DNA of 18,922 bases from Nitrospirota bacterium (lineage in GTDB: Bacteria > Nitrospirota > JACRHJ01). Below are positions 8,633-16,618 of the stretch, one piece after another. The translations under genes and the position numbers were made by a program. Numbering within the stretch: position 1 is the first letter of the stretch; every line of letters begins with the position of its first letter. Under the pieces are notes generated by a model that did no database searches, was not told the DNA's origin, and saw only the letters and a list, made by a program, of their open reading frames with translations. Location: assembly GCA_963733375.1 (NCBI GenBank), contig CAVTDB010000022.1, positions 1-18,922 on the forward strand. The letters are read 5' to 3'.

Positions 8633-9649
8633 TTACGATAAAAACATAAACTCCTCCGGCTCCCGGTATCCTTCAAGCCGCAGATAATCGCGTATCTGCT
8701 CTCTGGCCCCTTTTATCCCCACCGCGCAGAGCACCGGGACTCCGCTTATGATGTCGGCAGGCCAGACGACAGGTATGCCGTCGCCGGGCGACTGGCCGCC
8801 GCAGGCGCGGCCGCCGACTTTTTTCTTGTCGATGTCGATGAACTGAAGCACCCGGAACCCGCTTCTGATGAGGAGCTTTGCCCAGGTCTTGCCGTCCGGG
8901 CCGGAGCCCCAGACCTGCACGTCGCTGACCCCTTTCAGCCGCCACTCCTTAAGGAAATGGGCCTTTAAGGCCCGGAAATTTTCGGCGGAATACACGCCGC
9001 TTCTTCTGGACAGCCTGTCTTCTGTGTCGCGCCAGAAAAGGAGCGTCTCGGAAAGCTTCGCCATGCCCTTTCCGGCGGCTGCGAACCGGAGCCAGAGGTC
9101 GTAGTCCTCCGGCCAGCCCATATCGCGGTATCCGCCGAGCGAGAGGAAGTCCTCGCGCCTAAACATCACCGAGGGATGGGCGAACGGGGACTCTACGAAA
9201 AGATCTCTGTTTATTTCTTCCGGGGAGACTACCGAGTTCAGCCACCGCTCGTAATGGAGCATGCCGTCTTTCAGGGCGCGCCTGGGGAACTTCTTGACCC
9301 GGGAACCCAGGAGGGCGCAGTCCGGATTATTCTCCATATGGGCAAGCTGTAATTCCAGCCGGCGTGGGGAGCAGACGTCGTCCGCGTCCATCCGGGCAAT
9401 GTACGGCGCCGCCGCAATAGCGATGCCGGCGTTCAATGCGCCGACTATCCCTGTCGGCGGAAGGGAAATTATTTTAACCCGCTTGTCTTGAGGAACGGAC
9501 AGTTTGAGGCGGCACATGCCGCCGCCGCCGTCGTCGACGATGATCAGCTCGAAATCCCGCATCGTCTGCATCAGTACGCTTTTGACCGCCGGGGCCAAGG
9601 TCTCGCCGGCGTTTTTTACGGGCATGACTACCGAGACTTTGGGGGCCAT
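8633..9649 (-). CDS. Glycosyltransferase family 2 with a QTGAL/B3GNTL1-like C-terminal domain
   Basis: VSVVMPVKN, ELIIVDDG, YIARMDADD, HPSVMFRR and PEDYDLWLR are GT-A/GT2 motifs; C-terminal VWGSGPDGK...FIDIDKKKVG. Confidence 0.9.
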   Translation of the reverse strand: MAPKVSVVMPVKNAGETLAPAVKSVLMQTMRDFELIIVDDGGGGMCRLKLSVPQDKRVKIISLPPTGIVGALNAGIAIAAAPYIARMDADDVCSPRRLELQLAHMENNPDCALLGSRVKKFPRRALKDGMLHYERWLNSVVSPEEINRDLFVESPFAHPSVMFRREDFLSLGGYRDMGWPEDYDLWLRFAAAGKGMAKLSETLLFWRDTEDRLSRRSGVYSAENFRALKAHFLKEWRLKGVSDVQVWGSGPDGKTWAKLLIRSGFRVLQFIDIDKKKVGGRACGGQSPGDGIPVVWPADIISGVPVLCAVGIKGAREQIRDYLRLEGYREPEEFMFLS

Positions 9650-10638
9650 ATCAGAGGCCCTTTGCCCGAGGCGAATCCAGGCTTGCTTCGAGGCGGGTCA
9701 AGCCGCTTTTTCCTGAGTAATCTGAGGCCGTAGAGCATGAAGATTAACGCGAAGCCAATGGTGATCAAGTGGGTCGCGAAGCCGGTGGCGATGGCGTCGC
9801 CCTTCGGCACGCCGAGCGCGACCAGGAGCAGGGTCCAGAAAGACTCCATCGTCCCGAAGCCGCCGGGGCTGTGGATCGGCAGGTTGGCGAAAATGGAGAA
9901 CGAGGTGGTGATGAACGTCATCTCGAGCAGGGTGAGCTTCAGCCCGATGCCCCAGTATAAAACGTAGCTCGACCCGTAAAGCATAACCCATATGAGGAGC
10001 GTCGTCAGAAGCGACATGACGAGCGTCTTTTTCGAGCGGATGATCTCCGCGCCCTTGAAGACCTTCTTCACGTTCTGGGCGAATATGCCGGACGCCAGCG
10101 GCCCTTCCTTGAAGAAAGCGGGAAGGGCGGCGTATATCTCGCGGGAGCGGCCCAGCAGGACAAACGATGCGGCGGTCATGAAAAAAAGCCCGCCCGCCCA
10201 CGGGAGGAGCTCTCTGAAGAACGCCGGGACGTGCGGGAGCGTGCTGAACGATATGAAGAAAAGCGAAACCACCACTATGAAGTCCAGCGCCTTGGCCAAT
10301 ACCAGCACCGCCGCGCCCAGCGGGTATTCCAGGTCGTATTCCTTTTTCAGGAGGAACATGAGCGAGAATTCGCCGGAGCGAAGCGGCAGGAAACCGACTG
10401 CGGCCGTCTGCACGGAGACGATGGAGAAAAGTCCGCCAAGAGGCGCTTTATCCCTGAGGAGCACTTTAAAACGCAACGCGCGTGAAAAATGCCCCAGGAT
10501 GAAAAGGGTGAACGAGCCGAGCAGATAAAGCGGAGGGACCCGGAGTATGGCGAAGAAGACCTGCCGGACGTCTATCTGGCGCACGAGGTAAAAGACGAGC
10601 ACGACGGAGATAAGGACGAGGACCGCCTTCTTCAACAT
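9628..10638 (-). CDS. Lysylphosphatidylglycerol synthase TM region / UPF0104 flippase-like membrane protein
   Basis: Multi-TM protein with RALRF..LL, FLPLRSGE and LPIHSPGGFGTME motifs. The 3' end overlaps the GT2 start by 22 nt, so the true stop may be the TGA near 9651 if there is an indel. Confidence 0.8.
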   Translation of the reverse strand: MLKKAVLVLISVVLVFYLVRQIDVRQVFFAILRVPPLYLLGSFTLFILGHFSRALRFKVLLRDKAPLGGLFSIVSVQTAAVGFLPLRSGEFSLMFLLKKEYDLEYPLGAAVLVLAKALDFIVVVSLFFISFSTLPHVPAFFRELLPWAGGLFFMTAASFVLLGRSREIYAALPAFFKEGPLASGIFAQNVKKVFKGAEIIRSKKTLVMSLLTTLLIWVMLYGSSYVLYWGIGLKLTLLEMTFITTSFSIFANLPIHSPGGFGTMESFWTLLLVALGVPKGDAIATGFATHLITIGFALIFMLYGLRLLRKKRLDPPRSKPGFASGKGPLIWPPKSR

Positions 10639-11082
10639 CAGTTCTCGTCCTTCGCGTCTATTTTCGCGTCTATTTTCGCGTCTATCTCTGCATCCGGCTC
10701 AGCGTCCGGCTTAGCGTCCGGCTTTTCCTCGTACTTGATATACGACAGCGGAGAGTTCTCTCCCAGGAAGCAGCCCACCGGATCTCTCTTTTATGATGAG
10801 GACGACAGTCTCGACATCATAGTACCGGCCGTATTTCTGCCACCGGCCCTGGGGCGGCATCCATGACAACTGCCAGAGATGGTCGCCGTCGATGAAGCTC
10901 ACTTTCGCAACCGGCGTCTTTGTCCAATCGCCGCCGTCCTTCGGGCGGGAGTCGTATAAATAAAACGCGTATTTATCACTCTCGACGACATATTTCTGCC
11001 TGCCCGGCTCAAGCGGCGGGAAAGCCTCTTCCAGGTCGCGCACGACCCGCTCTGCCATCAGTCTTTTTCGTCTATCCTGCAT
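10638..11082 (-). CDS. DUF3024 family protein with low-complexity C-terminal tail; frameshift near 10785
   Basis: W...PVAK......WQLSWM....RWQKY. Removing one base gives IIKEDPVGCFLG (DUF3024-type D-P-x-x-C-F-x-G end), then a tail ending in TGA at 10638-10640 that overlaps the next ATG (TGATG). GAGGTG RBS. Confidence 0.75.
10651..10723. repeat. Two adjacent 12-bp tandem repeat tracts (coding)
   Basis: (TTCGCGTCTATT) x~3 and (TCCGGCTYAGCG) x~3, encoding KPDAKPDAEPDAEIDAKIDAKIDAK on the minus strand. Confidence 0.85.
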
Positions 11083-11237
11083 ATCACCTCATAAACTAAA
11101 TTTTTTCATCGGGTTCCTCCGGCGCGTGACGACCGTGCGGATATTTTATTTCAATAGCCGGACAAAAGCAAAGGTATTCAAACTAAAAGCGACATCGATT
11201 GCAATTTCTGATATAATTTAATACCTTCCGATAAAGT

Positions 11238-11269
11238 AAAAAAGCCCCGGCGGACATTTCCACCGGGGC
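11238..11269 (-). terminator. Rho-independent terminator of the csp gene
   Basis: Minus strand GCCCCGGTGGA-aatg-TCCGCCGGGGC followed by TTTTTT. Confidence 0.85.
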
Positions 11270-11303
11270 GTAAGATAATCAATGATTTCGGGCCTTGCTT
11301 TTA

Positions 11304-11501
11304 TTATGCCCTTACCACGTTAGAAGCCTGCGGGCCTTTCGGTCCTTCGGTTATTTCGAACTCGACCTCCTGGCCTTCCTTGAGGGTTTTGTACCCGTCC
11401 ATGTTGATGGCCGAGAAATGGACAAATACGTCCTTGCCTGAATCCTGCTCGATAAACCCGTACCCCTTGCTGTCGTTGAACCATTTCACTTTCCCTATCA
11501 C
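11304..11501 (-). CDS. cspA: Cold-shock protein, CspA family
   Basis: [15 protein letters not shown] (RNP1), DVFVHFSAI (RNP2), [10 protein letters not shown]; GTG start with AGGAGG RBS. Confidence 0.97.
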   Translation of the reverse strand: MIGKVKWFNDSKGYGFIEQDSGKDVFVHFSAINMDGYKTLKEGQEVEFEITEGPKGPQASNVVRA

Positions 11502-11698
11502 GTCCGTTCCTCCTTCTCTGACTTCAGGCCTTAAGGCTTAAGTGAGTCTCATCCCAACCTAACGCCTCTGCCCGCCGTCCTTGCCCCCGGTTTCGCCCGG
11601 AGTCTTGCTAGTAAAACGCCGCACAACTGAATATGCGGCACCTCGAATGTTTCCTAATGCTCCCTCAACTGCCGCTTCGGCCCGTGAGTTGAGCTTAT
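11502..11698 (-). ncRNA. Long structured 5' leader of the csp gene (putative cis-regulatory RNA)
   Basis: About 195 nt between the predicted promoter and the start codon, with hairpins CTCAACT...AGTTGAG, GCCGCATA...TGTGCGGC and CTCCGG-gcgaaa-CCGGGG. Confidence 0.5.
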
Positions 11699-11704
11699 AT
11701 GGTT

Positions 11705-11733
11705 AATTTATCAGGGGTTTTTAGGGCTGTCAA
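11705..11733 (-). promoter_or_regulatory. sigma70 promoter of the csp gene
   Basis: Minus strand TTGACA (11733-11728), 17-nt spacer ending TGA (extended -10), TAAATT (11710-11705). Confidence 0.7.
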
Positions 11734-11811
11734 TAGCCCCAAAGGATTAAATATTGGATGTAACTGATTGATTTTAAACAGGTAAAAAGGATTTTTTTAT
11801 TATTTTTAAAA

Positions 11812-14037
11812 TTATTTCTGGAAGACTTCGCGCTCTTTGCCGCCCTCTTTCTTCGGGCCGACAATGCCGTCGTCTTCCATCATCTCTATCATCCTGGCCG
11901 CCGTGGGATAGCCTATCCTCATCCGCCTCTGAAGCATCGAGGCCGATGCCTTGCCCGCGTCCATCACAAGCTGGACGGCCTGCAGATATTTCGCGTCCCT
12001 GGCGTCCTCGTCGGACAGTTCCCCGGAACCTTTCTTTGCATCAAAGGCCGGGGCTGTTATGGCGGAGAAGGCGTCGTATTTGGGTTTGGCCTGTTTTTTC
12101 AGGAAATCCACCACCCGCTTTATCTCCTCTTCGGACACGTAGGAGCCGTGGATCCGGGTTAATTTTGAAGTACCCGGAGGAAGAAATAACATATCTCCCT
12201 TGCCGAGCAACGCCTCCGCGCCGTTGGCGTCGAGTATTGTGCGGGAGTCCGTCTTGGACGATACCTGGAACGACATCCTGGCCGGGAAGTTCGCCTTGAT
12301 GACGCCGGTCAGGACATCCACCGAGGGCCTCTGGGTGGCGAGCAGCAAATGTATTCCGGACGCCCGCGCCATCTGCGCCAGGCGGGCAATCGAGTCTTCG
12401 ACCTCCTTTGCCGCCACCATCATCAGGTCCGCAAGCTCGTCTATTATTACGACTATATAGGGGATGGTCCCGTCCTCGTTTATCACCGCCTCCCGCCTCG
12501 GCTCATGCTCCTCGGTGTCCACGCCGAGGCGCGGGTGCTTTTTCTCTTCGAGCGCCTTCTGGTTGAAGCCCTCGATATTGCGCACGCCCTTCTCGGCAAG
12601 CAGTTTGTAACGCTCCTCCATAACGACCACCACCCGCCGAAGCGACGCCGCCGCCCGCCGCGGCTCGGTTATAACCGGCTCTAACAGGTGCGGGATGCCG
12701 TCATAGACGGACAGCTCCAGGCGCTTCGGGTCCACCATCAGGAGACGGAGGTCGCGCGGCTTTGCGGACATAAGCAGGCTTACGGTCATCGTGTTTATGG
12801 CCACGGACTTGCCGGAGCCTGTCGCTCCCGCCACTAACAGGTGGGGCATCTTGCCCAGGTCGGACGCCATCGGGTTTCCGTATATGTCTTTTCCTAGCGC
12901 CAGGTTCAGGGGCGTTTTGTGCTTTAGAAACTCCGGCGAGGACATTATTTCCTTAACGAAGACCTCTTCCCGGACGTTATTCGGGATCTCGACGCCCACC
13001 GCCGCCTTGCCGGGCAGAGGCGCGACAATCCGCACGGATTCGGCGCGCATGGCAAGCGCCAGGTCGTCCGAGAGGGTCGAGATCCGGTTCACCTTCACAC
13101 CCGGCGCCGGCTCGAACTCGTACATCGTAATTACCGGCCCGGGGTTCACCTGGACCACCTTCCCCTCCACGCCGAAGTCCGCGAGTTTCTTCTCCAGGAT
13201 GGACGAGTTCATAATGAGCGAGTCCTTGTCGGCGCGCTTCCTGCCGGCTGGCGGGTCGTTCAAGAGGCTTAAGGGCGGGAGGGCGTAGTCCCTGTCCGCG
13301 CCGGTAAACGGCAGGGCCTCCTGCATCCGCTCCGGTGCGGGGTTCATGGCCGGGCGCGGCTCTTTGGGCACCATTATTTCCGGCGGCGGCACGGGCTCGG
13401 CCCCTTCGAGCTTTTCCAGCGTCTCCCGTTTTATTTTCCTCTCCGCGCGCATGGCATAAACTGTCCGGACTTTATCACTGGTAACGATTATCCAGGACTT
13501 TATTCCAACGATGATGGACATCAGGGAGACGGTCGTGGAGAGGACCAGCGCACAGAGAAGGACGGTAACTGTCAGGATATATGAGCCTGCCCTGCCGAAG
13601 AAGTCCAGCATCCTGGCCGTGGCGGCATCCCCTATCCATCCTCCCGCGCGGATGTCCCCGAAGTAGAGGTAGTCGTACCTGAGCCTGAGAAGCGAAGAAA
13701 GGGAGACGATGACTAAAAGCCCGCCCAGGACTTTTATAACCCTGTAGCGGCGCTCCTTCTGCATGAAGCGGTTAATGCCGTAGATTAAGGTGTAGAAAGG
13801 GATGAGGAATGCGCCGCCGCCGAACAGCTGAAAAGAATAATCGGCAATGTGCGCGCCGAAGCGGCCGATAAGGTTGTGGACGGATTTTTGGCCCGCGTAT
13901 GAGCCCCAGGAAGTGTCGAACCGGCTGTAGGAGAAAAGGGACAGGCCTATAACGAGCGCGGCGGCGATTCCCATGATGCCGAACAGCTCGCCCCTTCTCG
14001 TGTCCCTCCCGGCTTTATTCGCGCTTCTCCCAGCCAT
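11812..14037 (-). CDS. ftsK: DNA translocase FtsK/SpoIIIE
   Basis: N-terminal 4TM domain; alpha domain GPVITMYEFEPAPGVKV; Walker A PHLLVAGATGSGKS; Walker B IVVIIDELADLM; ATQRPSVDV; gamma domain ASASMLQRRMRIGYPTAAR. Confidence 0.98.
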   Translation of the reverse strand: MAGRSANKAGRDTRRGELFGIMGIAAALVIGLSLFSYSRFDTSWGSYAGQKSVHNLIGRFGAHIADYSFQLFGGGAFLIPFYTLIYGINRFMQKERRYRVIKVLGGLLVIVSLSSLLRLRYDYLYFGDIRAGGWIGDAATARMLDFFGRAGSYILTVTVLLCALVLSTTVSLMSIIVGIKSWIIVTSDKVRTVYAMRAERKIKRETLEKLEGAEPVPPPEIMVPKEPRPAMNPAPERMQEALPFTGADRDYALPPLSLLNDPPAGRKRADKDSLIMNSSILEKKLADFGVEGKVVQVNPGPVITMYEFEPAPGVKVNRISTLSDDLALAMRAESVRIVAPLPGKAAVGVEIPNNVREEVFVKEIMSSPEFLKHKTPLNLALGKDIYGNPMASDLGKMPHLLVAGATGSGKSVAINTMTVSLLMSAKPRDLRLLMVDPKRLELSVYDGIPHLLEPVITEPRRAAASLRRVVVVMEERYKLLAEKGVRNIEGFNQKALEEKKHPRLGVDTEEHEPRREAVINEDGTIPYIVVIIDELADLMMVAAKEVEDSIARLAQMARASGIHLLLATQRPSVDVLTGVIKANFPARMSFQVSSKTDSRTILDANGAEALLGKGDMLFLPPGTSKLTRIHGSYVSEEEIKRVVDFLKKQAKPKYDAFSAITAPAFDAKKGSGELSDEDARDAKYLQAVQLVMDAGKASASMLQRRMRIGYPTAARMIEMMEDDGIVGPKKEGGKEREVFQK

Positions 14038-14183
14038 ACGCCCTCCTCTACTGGCTGAGATAAGATAATATAAATCGGAGAAATAATATCGGTAAAATAA
14101 TCAATCAAAACCAATCGGGGAGGCTTCCCGGAATGCTCTGCCTCGACAGCTCCTGCAACACCATGCCCGCCGCCGTCTCCTTA

Positions 14184-14220
14184 TTGACGCACGGGTTCAT
14201 CCTGCTAAACTATATTTAGC
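14184..14220 (+). promoter_or_regulatory. Putative sigma70 promoter with an overlapping palindromic operator upstream of sulP
   Basis: TTGACG (14184-14189), 16 nt, TAAACT (14206-14211) preceded by TG; the inverted repeat GCTAAA-N5-TTTAGC (14204-14220) covers the -10. Confidence 0.45.
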
Positions 14221-14253
14221 GGGCATGTTCGATTACCCTTGGAACGATACATC

Positions 14254-15983
14254 ATGCCCAGCGGCGGTCGTATAACCAAACTCTTCCCGTTCCTTAGCTG
14301 GTGGCCGGAGCTTGGCAGGAGGACATTCAAGTCGGACCTCATCGCGGACTAACCGGCGCGGTGATTGTCCTGCCTCAGGGCGTGGCCTTCGCAATCATCG
14401 CGGGGCGCCCCCCCCAGTATGGCCTTTACTCCGCCATTGTCCCGGCAATCTCGCCGCGCTCTTTGGCTCGTCCCGCCACCTGATATCCGGGCCGACCACC
14501 GCCATATCGCTAGTGATATTCTCCACCATAAGCGGGTTTGCGGAGCCCGGAAGCGGAGACTATATCCAGATGGTCCTGACGCTCACCTTCCTATCGGGGG
14601 TGGTGCAGCTAGCGCTTGGCGCGGTGAAGCTCGGAGCGCTGGTCAACTTCATCTCCCACTCGGTCGTCGTCGGGTTCACGGCCGGGGCCGCGATACTCAT
14701 TGGCACGAGCCAGATAGGCGGGATGCTGGGGGTTGGTGCCCAAGGGCCACTCCTTCATCCGCACATGGCAGGCGTTGTTCACGCTCATTGCGGAGGCAAA
14801 CCCCTACGTAATCGCCATAGCCGCCGCGAGCTTATCCCGCGGGTCTCCTCAGGCTTTATACGCCGAAGCTGCCGGCATGCTTGTCGCTATGGTTCTCGGG
14901 AGCGTGTTGTCTCTGTTTCTCAACGGGGCCTCCCACGGCGTAAAGCTCGTCGGGCCGCTGCCGTCCAGCCTGCCGCCGCTTTCATCCCGGAACTGTCGCT
15001 CCGCTCGATGCGCCTTATTCCAGGCGCGCTCGCAGTCGCCATGCTGGGCCTTGTCGAGGCGGTGTCGATAGCACGCTCGGTCGCAACACGCTCCGGGCAG
15101 CGCATCGACAACAACCAGGAATTCATCGGGCAGGGGCTATCCAAATCCGTCGGCAACTTCTTCTCCAGTTATGCCGCCTCCGGCTCGTTCACCCGCACCG
15201 GTGTGAACACCTCCGCCGGCGCCAAGACGCCGATGTCAGCCGTGTTCGCCGCATTGTCACTCATGGCGATGCTCCTTTTCATAGCCCCGCTGACTGCCTA
15301 CCTGCCTATTGGCGCAATGGCGGGCATACTGGTTTTGGTCGCGTACAACCTAATTGACGTACACCACATAAAGACCATCGTGCGGACCAGTAGGCGCGAG
15401 GCGGTGGTGATGGTTGTGACGTTTCTGTCCACGCTGTTCGTCGAACTCGAATTTGCTATATACATAGGCGTACTGTTGTCCCTGATGCTCTATCTCAACC
15501 GCACCTCGCAACCGCACTTCGTCACGCTCGTGCCGGACCCCGAGGCGGAGCGGCGCAGCTTCAGGAACGTGGAATACCACCCACGCCGGAATCCCCAGTT
15601 CAAGTCCTGCGGGTGGGGCTCTCTCTTCTTCGGCGCGGTGAACCACATGGCGGAAAAGATAGCCCGTCAGGCGCGAGTCCCCGGAGCAATGCCTCCTGCT
15701 TGTAGTCGCAACCGGCATAAACTTCATAGACTTCGCGGGTTGTGAGATGCTCGCGGCTGAGGCGCACCGGCTGATCTGGGGAAAGCCTTAACTGTGCAAC
15801 CTTAAGCAACGTCCGGGAGGTATTGGAGCGGGGCGGTTACATTGAGCAGTAGGCGAGGAGAATATATTCCACAGCAAAACCGAGGCGCTTAAAGAGATAG
15901 TACAGCGGCTCGACCCGGAGCGATGCAGGCTGTGCACCTTCAGAATATTCCATGAATGCGGAGAGAGGCCGAGAGAAATGTAA
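14254..15983 (+). pseudogene. sulP: SulP/SLC26 anion transporter with STAS domain; multiple frameshifts (assembly error or pseudogene)
   Basis: Across frames: LFPFL.W...DLIA/GLTGAVIVLPQGVAFA, PPQYGLY, LFGSSRHLISGPT, NFISHSVVVGFTAGAA, DNNQEFIGQGL, SGSFTRTGVN, GSLFFGAV, INFIDFAG (STAS), and C-terminal CRLCTFRIFHEC ending TAA at 15981-15983. Confidence 0.88.
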
Positions 15984-16026
15984 GGAGATACGCCAGAACA
16001 AGCTGAGGAAGCTTGAAAACGAGGAT

Positions 16027-16073
16027 AAAAAGGCAGTCGGCCTGGAGGGGGCATCTCAGGCAGACTGCCTTTT
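16027..16073. terminator. Bidirectional terminator between convergent genes
   Basis: AAAAGGCAGTC...GACTGCCTTTT stem with an inner GCCTG/CAGGC-like stem, and A and T tracts on both sides. Confidence 0.7.
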
Positions 16074-16099
16074 CTATCTTATCTATTTTGCGTTGCGCT

Positions 16100-16477
16100 C
16101 TAAGAGCCCATCAGAGTTTTTCGCCACGGGATTTCTCTACCTTCGTCACCTTTTTTGCATAGCAATTCTTCACCCTTCGTCATGCAGGTCACCTCGACCT
16201 TGTCCCCGGCCTTGACTTTCTTGCTTTGCATCTCCTTTATCTTGAAGGTCGTGTCCTTGCCGTCCTCGCCGGTCAACACCATCTCGCCCTTTTTGTGGTC
16301 TATTGACTTAAGCGTGCCGGTGACCTTATGAATGCCCTCGAGCCCGCAATTTTTCTTGGCGGCACAGGGGTTCTTAGGGGTAACGGGCGCCGGCTTCACG
16401 GTTTCGGCGGCAAAGGCGCCCCCGGTAAATACGACAAACGTCAGCACAGACAGGATGGCAACCAGATATTTCCTCAT
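16100..16477 (-). CDS. Small secreted protein with OB-fold-like (CusF/DUF1344-like) beta-barrel pattern
   Basis: ATG at 16477 with AAGGAGGTG RBS; signal peptide ending AFA; pattern VTGTLKSID....MVL...DGK..TF.......VKAGDKVEV; three to four Cys. A possible extra A near 16155 would shift the end to TGA at 16111. Confidence 0.75.
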   Translation of the reverse strand: MRKYLVAILSVLTFVVFTGGAFAAETVKPAPVTPKNPCAAKKNCGLEGIHKVTGTLKSIDHKKGEMVLTGEDGKDTTFKIKEMQSKKVKAGDKVEVTCMTKGEELLCKKGDEGREIPWRKTLMGS

Positions 16478-16618
16478 ACGCACCTCCTTGTTATCGCCTC
16501 GTATATAGTGCCCCACCTTGCGCTTTGACTTCAATTATAGCATGGTTAACAAGAACCGACCTCGGGGGTGTGGCGTTAAGTCCACAAAAAAGAATTTTGT
16601 TGGTAATCAGCGCACAGC

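Noticed and set aside
10651-10723. Short repeats as a CRISPR array
   Set aside because: 12-bp contiguous units with no spacers, coding in frame, and no cas genes.
10489-10866. 125-aa plus-strand ORF with FASIFASI repeats
   Set aside because: Antisense reading of the DUF3024 tail and the membrane-protein gene.
11570-11610. c-di-GMP-I riboswitch (GCAA...GAAA-looped stem)
   Set aside because: Lacks the GGCAAAC/GACGCAAAGC consensus and the second stem with tetraloop receptor.
15952-16215. 87-aa plus-strand ORF after sulP
   Set aside because: Runs through a terminator hairpin and overlaps both flanking genes.
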